In this document: one piece after another, positions 1 to 11,900 of the stretch
Layout: every line of letters starts with the position of its first letter
How positions within the stretch are numbered: position 1 is the first letter of the stretch
IMG/VR virus record: IMGVR_UViG_3300032006_002789
Location: 1-62,887 of that record
DNA: 62,887 bases
Reading direction: 5' to 3' (one strand)
Source: a virus
Taxonomy: Duplodnaviria; Caudoviricetes
Notes under the pieces: model-generated
Database searches by the model: none
What the model saw: the letters and a program-made list of their open reading frames with translations, nothing else
Told to the model about the DNA's origin: nothing
Position numbers and translations under genes: made by a program

Positions 1-2901
1 TTAGATGAATTCAAAAAAGCTTATTTTATATCTCATGGATTCACCAGGGGTGCGACTTATAAATTCGCAACGGTTTGGGATAATACAGGCCCTAGGAGGA
101 GTACTTCAAAATCCTTTAGTGGTGGTGATTGGGAGTTGCCGTATGATGTTGACCCAGAGGGATTCCAATTAGACGTCCAGATTTTATCACTAGACGAAGG
201 TTATAACTCAGATCCGTACGCTGATGATATTGGCTTTTTTAACGGAGAATTAAAAGTTAGGGTAAAATACAACTCACTTTTGGCAGACGAAGACGGATAT
301 CTAAGATTTGGAATCAGTAGAGATGGAGGAATAAAATGGACAATGTTAGCTCCCCTTGCAGAGGCGGTAGATATGGACGGATATCATGAAATCGGATGGA
401 GGTCACTAGAATCTGGAATCTACCAAGTTTATGTTATAGATTTAAATAGACGGGAAATGATAAACATTAGGCCAGAATTAAGGCTATGCAACGGAAATGG
501 TTCACTGCTTAGTAGTTACCCTTCAAATTATAGCCCAAGATCAGGTCACGATACAGCACTGCAAAGCCAATACGGAGGTACTCGAAAGTGTGCGTCCAAA
601 AGTTCGTCGGCAGAATATCAAACCTGGTTAGACCACACACTTCTGCCCGCCTATTCAAATCCGCCAGTAACAGCATCCTCGTCATCACCTAACGGCCATC
701 ACCCTTGGCATAATTATTTAATCACAAGAATTAATGTTTCAACTTCAGGAGCGACAACCACCCCGAGCGGCTTAGCCGCAAATCAAACTTTTCCAGATTT
801 TGCTAGTCAAAATTGTGGCATGGCGTTAGCGCTCTCTAGCGATTCAAATCCTGCAGTATCAGTGGGAGATACGGTGGCGATGTCTCTCTATAGAGACCCA
901 TCGGAGACGGCAACGACCCCGACCGATCTGTTTTTGAAATTTTGGGGAGGTCTTGTAGAAAAACCGTCAAACTCAGCAGTGCCACTTACTCCAAATCCCG
1001 TTGAGCTTGAAAATTTAAATGCTCGAAGGTATCACCCGTATCATTTAAATTTAATAAGGGGTTGGTGTGAAGAGCTATGGAATGAGCTTCATGAGTTTGA
1101 AAAACACGAGATTAGATGGCATGCCTATTACTGGCGCGAGTATTTTGCTGGCCGATTAGAGCCCAATACTTCAGAGGGAACCACCACTTTTACCTACAGG
1201 ACATGGAATACATCAGAGGGGATCTGTACAAATCCCCCGATCGTCTATGATTACACATGCTTTACCGATTTAAATTTTAATTCAAACGGCGACTACATAC
1301 CGCCCCTCAACACTAACGGTGCAGAACTTCAAAAAGCCTCGGAAACTTCCGCTTGGGGCGGTCCAGTATTATTGTACCCAAATGCGCATAAGGTCCAAGG
1401 TTATAATTCGAATACAAATCTCTCTGCGGAGCAGGCGAGTCAGAACCCATTGCAGGGCGATCGATCGATGGCAGGAGGTCATCCAGGGCATATGAGTTTT
1501 ATGCTTTGCGACAGAGCCTTCGATACTACTACAGCCGCAACTGCTGGCTCATCTGCGGTTCTTTCTGACGGAGATGTTCCAAATCGCTGGGGCCCTCGGA
1601 TAGACACTACGTTGCCTGGGCTCCCAGGAAATGGTGAAAACTCTACCTTCGAAGGTCTTTACCCAGAGGCGGATAAACTTCATGGGTATACCCCTCAGAC
1701 AACCTACGAAGAAGCCCCAACGCTTTATGATGGAGTCGGGGCGAAGTATTTCAGTTTTCAAAATCCATTTTCAGAAAAATCCGAACACGGAATAGATAGC
1801 TGGGGAGTGGGCTCAACTTTGACGTCTTACGGAGGCTTTCAATTAGGGAATCCTGCACACGGCAGTAACTCTAGCCCAAGTGGCAGAGGGTGCCTTGGAG
1901 CAGAAAAAGATGTAAACTCATGGATTACTACAAGCGAAGGTAAATCACAGACCCACCTTAACCCCGAAGGTCGTGGAGGGAAAAAAAGAGGAGACTATAC
2001 AGGTGACTTTGGCAAACTAGATACTAGATCCTCATCTTTTACCGTAACTCCTCCAACAAATGCCGAATGGGGAGACCATTGCGACAGTCATGCAGGAAAA
2101 CCCATAAACCATGGACTTGCCTGGGACAGTTATGGACAGAAACCTAAATACTGGAAGGGTTTATTGCCTGGTCCACCTCTTACTACTAATAGATTTGGAC
2201 CAGAAACGCTTGAAGGTAAAGAACCAATTGGAAACCCAGGCGTAAGTTTTAATCTTGATACCCAAATAGCGGTAAACATCCAGGCACACCCAAACTCGAA
2301 TCCCTTAATTGACGAATATATTATAAGTTGGATGCCTGGATGGTTTGGCCAAACTGCGCCAAATGCAAGTAATAATATAGCCGCAAGATTACTTCCTCCA
2401 AACCGCAATGCAGCCTGGGCAAATATAGGCGTTCAAGCCACCCAAGCGTCATATACAAGTCTATTAAATTCGTATGGGTTATGGAACGAATGGCCCAAAT
2501 ACAACGACAGAAATACCGATTGGTCAGGCATCCATAGCCCAGATTACCTTGCAAAATACGGAACGCAAGGAGTTATCGCTGGAAAAACAAAGAATTCCTC
2601 TGGAAACTGGATAGACTCTGTGGTTGCAGCGGATGCTTTTAATGAGGAGGCCTACAAACTCTACCCTGGTTTCTGGAACGGGTCACAGGCGGGGCATGTT
2701 GCATATCCCTCTTGGCCTGCTGGAGGGAAGGACCCAGCACTAGCAAACTTCCACTTCGGAAAACCCTTCTTTTACTTCAAGCCAGACGTGCCAGGTCTTT
2801 ACAAGTTTCGATTTGAGCAAGATACAGCTCCAGCGGCTGGATGGAACACTCCAAAATTAGGAGAAGGATGTGCGTCAGATTACTTTTTGGTAGTGGTTTA
2901 A
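1..2901 (+). CDS. Large hypothetical (probably virion-associated) protein, 5'-truncated by the window edge
   Basis: Frame 1 is open from base 1 (LDEFKKAYF...), so the TTG at 136 is probably not the real start. G/S/N/W/P-rich; region ~118-445 resembles the C-terminal domain of the gpM-like protein; ends in an Ig/PKD-like strand (FKPDVPGLYKFRF). Confidence 0.75.
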   Translation, partial: LDEFKKAYFISHGFTRGATYKFATVWDNTGPRRSTSKSFSGGDWELPYDVDPEGFQLDVQILSLDEGYNSDPYADDIGFFNGELKVRVKYNSLLADEDGYLRFGISRDGGIKWTMLAPLAEAVDMDGYHEIGWRSLESGIYQVYVIDLNRREMINIRPELRLCNGNGSLLSSYPSNYSPRSGHDTALQSQYGGTRKCASKSSSAEYQTWLDHTLLPAYSNPPVTASSSSPNGHHPWHNYLITRINVSTSGATTTPSGLAANQTFPDFASQNCGMALALSSDSNPAVSVGDTVAMSLYRDPSETATTPTDLFLKFWGGLVEKPSNSAVPLTPNPVELENLNARRYHPYHLNLIRGWCEELWNELHEFEKHEIRWHAYYWREYFAGRLEPNTSEGTTTFTYRTWNTSEGICTNPPIVYDYTCFTDLNFNSNGDYIPPLNTNGAELQKASETSAWGGPVLLYPNAHKVQGYNSNTNLSAEQASQNPLQGDRSMAGGHPGHMSFMLCDRAFDTTTAATAGSSAVLSDGDVPNRWGPRIDTTLPGLPGNGENSTFEGLYPEADKLHGYTPQTTYEEAPTLYDGVGAKYFSFQNPFSEKSEHGIDSWGVGSTLTSYGGFQLGNPAHGSNSSPSGRGCLGAEKDVNSWITTSEGKSQTHLNPEGRGGKKRGDYTGDFGKLDTRSSSFTVTPPTNAEWGDHCDSHAGKPINHGLAWDSYGQKPKYWKGLLPGPPLTTNRFGPETLEGKEPIGNPGVSFNLDTQIAVNIQAHPNSNPLIDEYIISWMPGWFGQTAPNASNNIAARLLPPNRNAAWANIGVQATQASYTSLLNSYGLWNEWPKYNDRNTDWSGIHSPDYLAKYGTQGVIAGKTKNSSGNWIDSVVAADAFNEEAYKLYPGFWNGSQAGHVAYPSWPAGGKDPALANFHFGKPFFYFKPDVPGLYKFRFEQDTAPAAGWNTPKLGEGCASDYFLVVV

Positions 2902-5900
2902 AATTCAGGTATAGCTCTAACCCAGTTTATTTGATTATCCTTTACGAGTGCGACGTATAGTGCTGCATAATCAGTGTCCCACCACAAGTGCCCTTCTTCT
3001 GCATCTGCAGGAGGAATACTTTGAACTTTCACTTTTCCGCCAGCGTCACCAACCTCCCACCTCGGAGTGGCCGCCTCGGCATTATAAACAATTCCTTTCC
3101 CATGAGCAAGCGGCATGCCCTGATCCGTGTCGACGTCACTTAAATCATTAATATTTAAAGTTCCAATATGTGACCTTTGAAGTTTTCCTGCAGTATCAAG
3201 GTTACTACCAAGGAAGGTTCCGCCTGATTGGATGGTTAAGGTATTTGGATTAACCGTTAGGACTCCGTTAGGATTGTCAGTTCCATGACCCGATGAAACA
3301 TAAGTTATCATAGAGCTACCATTTCTACCGATAGTAACATTTCCATTTCCATCCAAGTACCAGCCAACCTCCCCAGCGCCACTCATATTATTAGTGCCGT
3401 GTTGATTATGCAGTGTTGCGCTAGTGCTATCTGCATCGTCACCGTCAGCATTCACAATTAATTCGGCATCATCTTCCATAGTCAGCGTATTCTTAACGAA
3501 AGACTCGTCAACCATCTCTAGGCCAGTACTTACGCTATTAAAGCTGGCGCCCATTCCCTCCCACCGAGTAGTGTCAGCAGTAGGATCGGCGTTGCCGCCG
3601 TCATTCGCAGGGATCGCAGCCTTATTCATATAATAAGCGCCATTGTACTTTACAACATCCCTTCTGGTAATCTGATCATTGTTAGCAAAGTAGAAATACT
3701 CCAATTTACTACCCCAATCACCTCTAAATACAATAGCAGGTCCAGCGATATTACTTTGTTTTGATTTACTAAATTGTTGTCTAACGACTTGATTTATACT
3801 TGTATTCTGTAGGGTTTTTCCTGTAATTGTAAAATCGATATAAGGGGAGTCTTCACCAGATACAGCATTAGACGCATCCAGAACCGTTCCGACGTTATTT
3901 GCATAGTTTATAGCTCCTACATTGATATTTACGCCATTCGATGCACTCACCTCCCATTGTCCAGCGGCCGTGGGAGTAGCATCGTAGATTAATTTATCTG
4001 CGCCTTGATAAACTGTAATCGTCGTCCCACTTCCATCGTAAAATGTAACCGCCCCATCCTTATCGGCTGTTAGCTGGTGGGCGGAATTACTCAATACTAC
4101 AGTTATTGGAGATACAGCTCCTCGGCTCTTACTAAAAGTTTGAGTAGTTGAAGTGGCAAACTCATCTCCGTTTGCCTTCCTGCCTGTAATTTGATACGTG
4201 ATAGTCGCTGCTTCTTGATCATTATTTAGACCACTAGCTACCCCATATGTTGCAGTATTTCCGTTTTGCCCCGAAGGGTTTGCATTAGGAGTAATATGAT
4301 CACCAGGGCTTGAGGCAGTTACAGTCCACTTTGATTTATCTGAAGCTGCTACGCTGCTCACATAAGTAAGTGCGGTAGCGCCCTCATATACTTGTATAGC
4401 TGTCCCAGAACCAGTGTAGTCGCTAACTTGACCAAACTCATTGGCAGTCAGTGTGTGATTCTCGTTGCTATTAACAACAGAGATTGCGTCTAGTCCCTCG
4501 TCTAAGACCTGGACAGTCGTAGAATCAGAAGGCCATTGCTCGAGATTCTTTCCTGCTTCAAAGTGAGGGTCTTTGACTACAGCCCTAATTTTAAAACCAT
4601 TAGCGAGTACAGCACGATTATCTTCGCTGTTTATATTGGTAATAGTTAATGTCCCAACGCCATTATTATTATCTACAGCGATAGTGCAACTGCTAAGGAC
4701 TTTAGTGCGGTCAGCAGCGCTAAAATCAGTCCCATCCTTTTTTATCAAGTGCCAGCTTATGTTCGATTTATGAAGATGAGCGGAGTTAGTGTCGGTAACA
4801 GTCTCAGGATTATGGCCGTCTATACGAGAGGGTAAAATATCATGGGGAGCCAGGGGTATATTAGGAGTGTGTGCGGTAAACGTAATAGAGGTAGGAGTCA
4901 AGTCGGCGTCCTTCAACCTCTTAATAACATAACTAGAGGACTCAAGCCTTAGAGTTTTAGCGCTTGTACCTTCCTTTAGTTTTTGAATAACAACTTCATC
5001 AGAAAGAGTCCTTCCGTCTGGCGCGACAGTCCAAGCCTTAATTTTAATTCCAGCCTTATCTTGACCTTTCCACGATTGATCGAGCGGTCGACTAGAATCA
5101 AGAAATAACCTTTCTAAACCTCTCTTGCCACTGCTCCTGAATATAATTTGATTATTCTCTAATCTACTGTCATGATTTTTAGCTTCTATTATAGGATTAT
5201 TATTAATATCCTGATCAGATCCCTCCAGTAGCGGCTGGTCATCCCAGGAATAAAGATCCCAAATTACCTTATTTCGCTGAGGTAAATCATTGAGATATCC
5301 TGGGCCGCCACTTAAATCTGGAAGCTGATCTATATCACCCTCAAAACCTACACAATTAGCGGTTATTATTATTTCCCCTGGTGTTATTGTAAGATCCTCT
5401 TGTTGCCCAACAACTAGAGAGGTGGCCTCAAGACTTAAACTATAAGGAACTACCCCGCTATTTGCACGACTAAATGTTTGAGTCTTTACAAGAGAACCTG
5501 TGTCCCCTTTTATATTTCTATAGTTTATTGTATAACTAATTAAAGAGGTTCTGTGATGCCTACTTTTACTCATTGAGGTCGGAATACCAGAAGCCCATTT
5601 CTTATTTGCCTCGACAGGAGTGTAAGTATTAGCAGGAACAACATTTGTGCCCTCAACTTTATCTATGTAAAAAGTACCAACTGGAATATCACTGTGAGTA
5701 ATATCTTTCGAGCGATAAACAACATCAACTCCACCCCAATATGTTCCATTTGTAAGAATAGGGTCGTTACCTGTCCCTGATTTATTTTCTGCATCCGCTA
5801 TAAAAGTAGCCAACATGGATCTAACGGTTACGCCTTGATTTCCCCACCAATCGCTGTCCTTTTCGCGATTAAAAATAGCCCAGTAAATAATACTAGAAGT

Positions 5901-8900
5901 TTCTTGAGTAACTATTTCATCAAGATTAGTGCCCTTAGGGCTGTGCTCAAAGGCTATAGATGTAGAGCTATCATTTAAGGTTAATGGCGTTAATTGTACG
6001 CTACCCTCCCACATAAATACATCGGTTTGAGCGCCACTTAAAGAGGAGTCTTCGACAACATAAGTTTGCACTTGTTCATTAACCGTAAACACAAGATTAT
6101 TAGTTCCGCTTGAAGAGGCGGTTTTATTCATCTTAAATCCGCCGTTTACTATTTGAGTAACCTTACTTCCGCTTTGGATACCTGGCCCACTAACATCTTG
6201 ACCAACAGCAAAGCCCGTTCCGCTAGTATCAACCTGTCGGTTACCGTTAGTTGTCGTACAAGATGCGGTAGCTTCTGTTTGAGCCTCCATCTCCCAAACT
6301 AGTTGAGCCTCAAAACTTGCAGCCTCGTTATCTAGTAAACATGTTAAATTATCAGTGCCCTCCTCCAGCAGGATTATGGAAAGTTCGTCTTGAAAATCTC
6401 CATAAGGGTTTTTAGAGCTAGAATTAGCTACGGCATCATATTGAGCAACTGAAACATCATCTGGCCTCTCAGATATAATTTTTATTGTGGCCTGCTCAAG
6501 GGTTTTTATTTGGCTTGGTTTTACATAAGCATCAACTATTTGATTTTCTTTGGTAATTTCTACCGTTAGACCGTCGCCGCTCATTAAAGTATTAAGAGCC
6601 TGATCAGAATAGAGTTCAAGTCCAGCAGGAGGCTCCCATGTAACGGAGGCTAGATGCTTACCACTTTCGGCCCCCAAGGAATATCCAGATTGCTCAGACG
6701 GCAAAAGATTAGTTACCCTAGCAAAAACCCTAATAGGATCGGTATCTTCATATGTTGCGGTTGTTCCGTCGGCACTCCAGGTCGGAACGCCCCCGTTAGG
6801 AATAATTGAATTATCTCTTTTTAATATTACCGTTTGAGTAGATGCACCCAAGACGATTCCACGCTCGGAGTCGCCGCCCTCGGCAATATAAATCGTTTCC
6901 TGAGCAAAAATAGTTCTTTTTGTGTTGGGGTCAGTGAATTGAAATTCTACACTTACGCTATTTGGCGAGCCATCACTAGAATTAGCTACTTGAACACTTT
7001 CAACTGGAACTCCATTCAAATTTGCTACTGAGCTAGCGCCGTGAGTTCTAAGGTGGAATATTCTTTGCCATTGGTCGGCATCGCCATCAGTCCAAGAAGT
7101 CTCGGCACCTTCATCATAATAAGTATAACCCACTTGCCAGGGCGCGTCGATTTTAGGATCGCTAGCTAAAGTTTGAGGAGCTTGGGGAGTCCCTCGATTA
7201 ATTTTATATTTAAGACTTCTAGTTGTAGAATATTCATTACCCTTACTATCTGCAGCTGTAATTTTGGCGGTATGAATATGAAGAGATGGCCTGTTACTTA
7301 TCGAGCCTTGCCCAGACTGATTATCGTCGCTGCTAGTTTTTCCGTTGGCCCCTGTTTCTAATTGAACAAATAAATTAACATTATCATCTCCCTCTAAAGC
7401 CTCAGCCCAGACATAGGCGGTGGCGTAGTCCGTTATTGAGGTTTCTCCATCTCTACTAAATTGAGCGGTTAACGTGCGCTTATTTGTTTCGTCTAGGGCT
7501 CCCTTACCCTTACCTCTTATGATACTTAAAGGTTTGTCAACCTCGAGAAAACCAGCTGCACCACCATCAAGTACGTCCGACAGGGTTATGGAGTCCAAAG
7601 CCTCAAGATCGCCGCTTGAGTTTATTGGAGTTCTAGCATAATTATCTGCGGACAATAGTATGGGTAATTTTGTGATAGGATCAACATAATCTTGTCCTTG
7701 ATTTGTTACATCAATAGGTTCACTGGCAGCGACAACGAGCAATTGATCTTCAATCGCGTCTCTACCAATTCTAACGTTATATTTATTATTATTTTGCCAT
7801 ACCTTATCAGTATCCGAAGTTTGTTCGTGAACTTCTTCAACTCCAGCCGCGCGGCCATCATCAGCGTTAGCAGATGGCCCGTACCTACCAGGAAATACAT
7901 CAGTCCTAATAGCCTTAAGTCGAGATATTACGTTATCCCTCGCGTCGTTATCACTAGGAAAATCATCACTTAATTTTTTATAGTTCTTTAATATACTGGG
8001 CTCATCATTCCTGTCTGTATAGGTTGGAAGGTCACCAAGGAACGTTAAAGTTTTCGCGCCACTAGCATTCGCGTTCTTTGTGAGGGTGAATTCTGTAGAG
8101 CTTCCAATGGATTTAACCCTAGTTCCAGATTGAATACCTGAGCCGCTAACCCGCTGCCCGACAGTTATACTATTAGTGGATTCTCCAGCAGATAGACTAA
8201 CGGTTGAATTTCCACTGGTCAAGCTGCAACTTATTTCATCATCGCCATCTGTAAACATTAAATCTCTAAGAGAGATGTAATAAAATTGAAGATCCCCAGA
8301 AAGGGTTCCATTAGTATCAGCGGCAAATCTATAAAACAAAGAGACTTGGTCGGCAAAAACTAGATCCTCTTCATAGTTCCTCAACGACCACCCGCCACCA
8401 TGATATTGTTGATTGGTTATATCTGCGTCATAGTACAAATCCATAGGCAGGTTATTTTCATACTGCCAAACAGTTTGAAGTTCCAGTTTTTGGTCTTTAT
8501 TTTTATTCTTGATCGCAGTCCCATCTAGGGGATTTATAAAGAATACGCTTTGACCGAACGATTCTGCATCCTTATATATCGCTGCAGTAGAGTCCCCAAT
8601 ATCAAGAGCCTGGATAGTGAGTGTTGCGTTAGATCTGTATTGAAGTGCTGTAGTATAAAGTTGGGCAGAGCATTGAGTTCCATCATTTATCCCAAAATTC
8701 CTATGAAATAATTGTCTCCAATAAACCGAATTAGTGACAGGTTTTCCCAGAGATGCAGTGGGATTTATATAAATAAATACCCCATTTGCGCCGTAAGTAG
8801 TTGGAGCAATGACAGTATCCCCTTGTTGATATTCTTGGGTTACTACATAATCTCCTTTTGGGGTACGAGGAGCTTTTCCTGCACCGCTATAAGGCTCAAC

Positions 8901-11900
8901 AATTTCTTTATTTTCTATCGCATAAAAATCCGCAAGAATACCTTCTTGATACTCAGATCCCGTACCTTCAAAGTCTAAATCTTTATTTGAAGTTCCGCCG
9001 TCTAATTTAAGAAAGTGTTTTGATGATATTCCGTTAAAGTTTGTGTTGCCGCTACCAATATACCCAGCAGCAGTAGGATCATAATCCTCTTCTTTATCAA
9101 ATACCATTAACCCAAATGTACCACTATTAGAATCACTGTCTTCAAGATAAAGGGCAACCTTTATTCTGGCACGATTAACCCCAGAGCTATCTTCTTCAAA
9201 TGCCAAACGATAAACCTCTCGCTTTCTGTCTCCGCCTTGAGATCCCTCTGGATCAGAAATATCAAACTGCCACTTTATTCCATGGTGAACAACTTCTCCA
9301 GCGGGGTTTTGAAAACTTGCATTAGCGTCGATGACTTTAGGGGTCCTTGTGGATAATTGATTCCATTCATCATAAGTAACTATGTTAGATGAAACAACAA
9401 GAGCAACCAAGCCAAACGTTGCCCCGCTTGTTTGTCGAATATTACCCTCAATTACTAGCTCGCCATCCTCGAACTTAAGCACCCCATTTTTAGCCTGAAA
9501 AGAAAAGCTTCCGTCCCCTCTTATATAAAACCCTGGTTGAGATTCGCCAGCCTCAGGATTATCAATTCTCGTCCAGTGGGCCTCGCCCGCTCCGCCTGGA
9601 GCATGACTGGGCTGCATTGCAATCTGCTGCACCGTTATATCTAGCGTAGCATTTTCGGGAGCAGTGCCCGTAAATGTAATAGTAACACTCCCTTGAAGTT
9701 CTGGAGGCGCGCTAGTTCCATTAATTTGCGCAGTCCAACCAAAAGAAGCAGAAGGATTCAACGTGGCGTTACCAGCGTTAAGAACTTTTTCAACAATGAT
9801 ATTCTCAGAAGGGACAACAAGACTTCCCTCATCAAGGGCAAATTTATTTCTACCTTCAAATTGAATAAGATCGTCGCTTTCTGGCCTTAGGAAAATGATA
9901 TCATCTGGCTTTTCTCCGTCAACGACTTGAATTCTCTTCTTAACGGTTGCACCAATATCTTTTACCGCCTTAAAATAACCTCGAGTAGGGTTAGAGAAGG
10001 TGACGACTTGATCCTTTTTGTACTCTATAGCCCTGTCACCCGCCTTATTTACTTGAGAAAATGGAAAATCATCCCACCCTACAGTTCCGTCTATACTGCT
10101 ACCAATCGTTCCCCACGCTCCAGCCCCAGCGACATAATCGTTTAAAGACTCTATCGGTTGTTCAAAATTTATACGCTCAGAAGTAGAAGCTCTAGTCCCC
10201 CCATAAACCCTAATATCCTCAGCGCCTATAGTGCCAGCGCGCACCTTATCTGCAATTAAATCTTTAATTTTTGCGGAGGTTATGGCTGCGTCAGCAATTG
10301 AAGCCGAACCAATTACAGCATTAGCAAACGCGTGAAAGGCCTGTTTAATGCCTACGCCCCTGACAAATTGAGCGACAACAAAATCGCCCTCCTGCATTAA
10401 GGAGTTATCACTTGGCTGGTCTAATTTTATTCTTTGATAGTCATAAACAATTCGATCATGAGCCTCATCATTAGCGTCTGCGTCATGTTTAGTGCTTGAT
10501 ACAATAGCAAGATTAGAAGGGTTTGCATGAGAGAATCTATAAATTGCCTTTTTCTCTACAGTTTTTAATGGGTTAGTTATATCGTTAGTGTCTGTTGCAA
10601 TACCATCGGGAGCGTGAAAGGTTTTTGGGGATACGGTAACTACAAGATCATCTAAATTGGCATCAGTAGAAGAATTATTTACAGGAGGAATACTAACCCC
10701 TTCCCCGCCAGAAATAGTTACAACGTTATTATCAGCAGAAGCAGAGATACTGGCATCAAGATTTGCGGTAGCATTTATTATTGTTGCAAGTTTCGCAGCT
10801 GCGTCATTATCGTCCGAGGGCTCGGAGACTGCAGTGGTATCTGTTCCTGCTATTGATAGTTTAACAACATCATCACTTGCAACGTCTTGAATTGTAACTG
10901 TAAGTGATTCGCGAGTATTTTCCCCTTCATCTTTCTTAGTGCCATGTGAAGTAGCTTCGTCAGAATTAAGCTCTTTAGTGTCTCTGGGAGTCCAATAAAT
11001 AAAAAATTTATCCGTAGCTTGAAATTCATCCTTAAGTTTTTCCTTAAGGTCCGTTCTAGTATAGTCAGCGGGGTCAAAGTTGTTATCGTCAAGAACTATG
11101 GGGTGAGTGTCGTTTATATAATTTTGAAGATTGTGTTCAATTGAGAGATTTGAAGAGTGGGGAGCAGTATTAGGAACCCCTCCATCATCAGTAGGATCTA
11201 TATTTATTCCACTTGCCTCAATCAGATACCCAACTCCCTTATTATATAAGTAATGAGTTCCCCAACTAATCCTCCCATCTACAGAGTCAACAACAAATGG
11301 GTTATTAGGAATTAAAGCTATAGTATTTTCGAATTGTTCCGTGATGCCCTGTTCAAAATCCTCTAAATCTGTAACCTTAGCTTGACCCAAGGCCATCCTA
11401 AATCCGTTCGAAGGGTCAGGAAAAAATAAACTTTTATTTCTAGCTTTATCTACGGTCCTGACCCAAAAATATTTTACTTCATTAGTTTTTCCTTTTAACC
11501 TAAGGCTATTCTGGTTGGCGGGGACAGTGATTGCAATTCTGCCATTTGCGGCAGGATTCTTATTTTTTAAAAGATTTTCTGCGGGATCTGTTGGGAGTTG
11601 AGTGAGATAAGAATAACCTTCTCCGTCCTTTTGGCTTTCAGTTTCCACAACACTAAAACCATCATGCTTAGAGTAGAGACTTTTATAAGCTTGTCCGTAA
11701 ACCCTAAGGGTTTCATCTTTCCATGTGGGAGTATCCCCATGATTGTCCCAGAAATTATTTTGAGCAGTAATTATTATATCTTCAGAATCTGGTTGATGTT
11801 CGCTGTAGTGGGGCTCCAGGCACTGATAAATCTTAGGTTCGGATTGACCATTCTTCTTTCCAGAAATCCAATCCCCAGGATTATATAACGTCTCAGGCTC

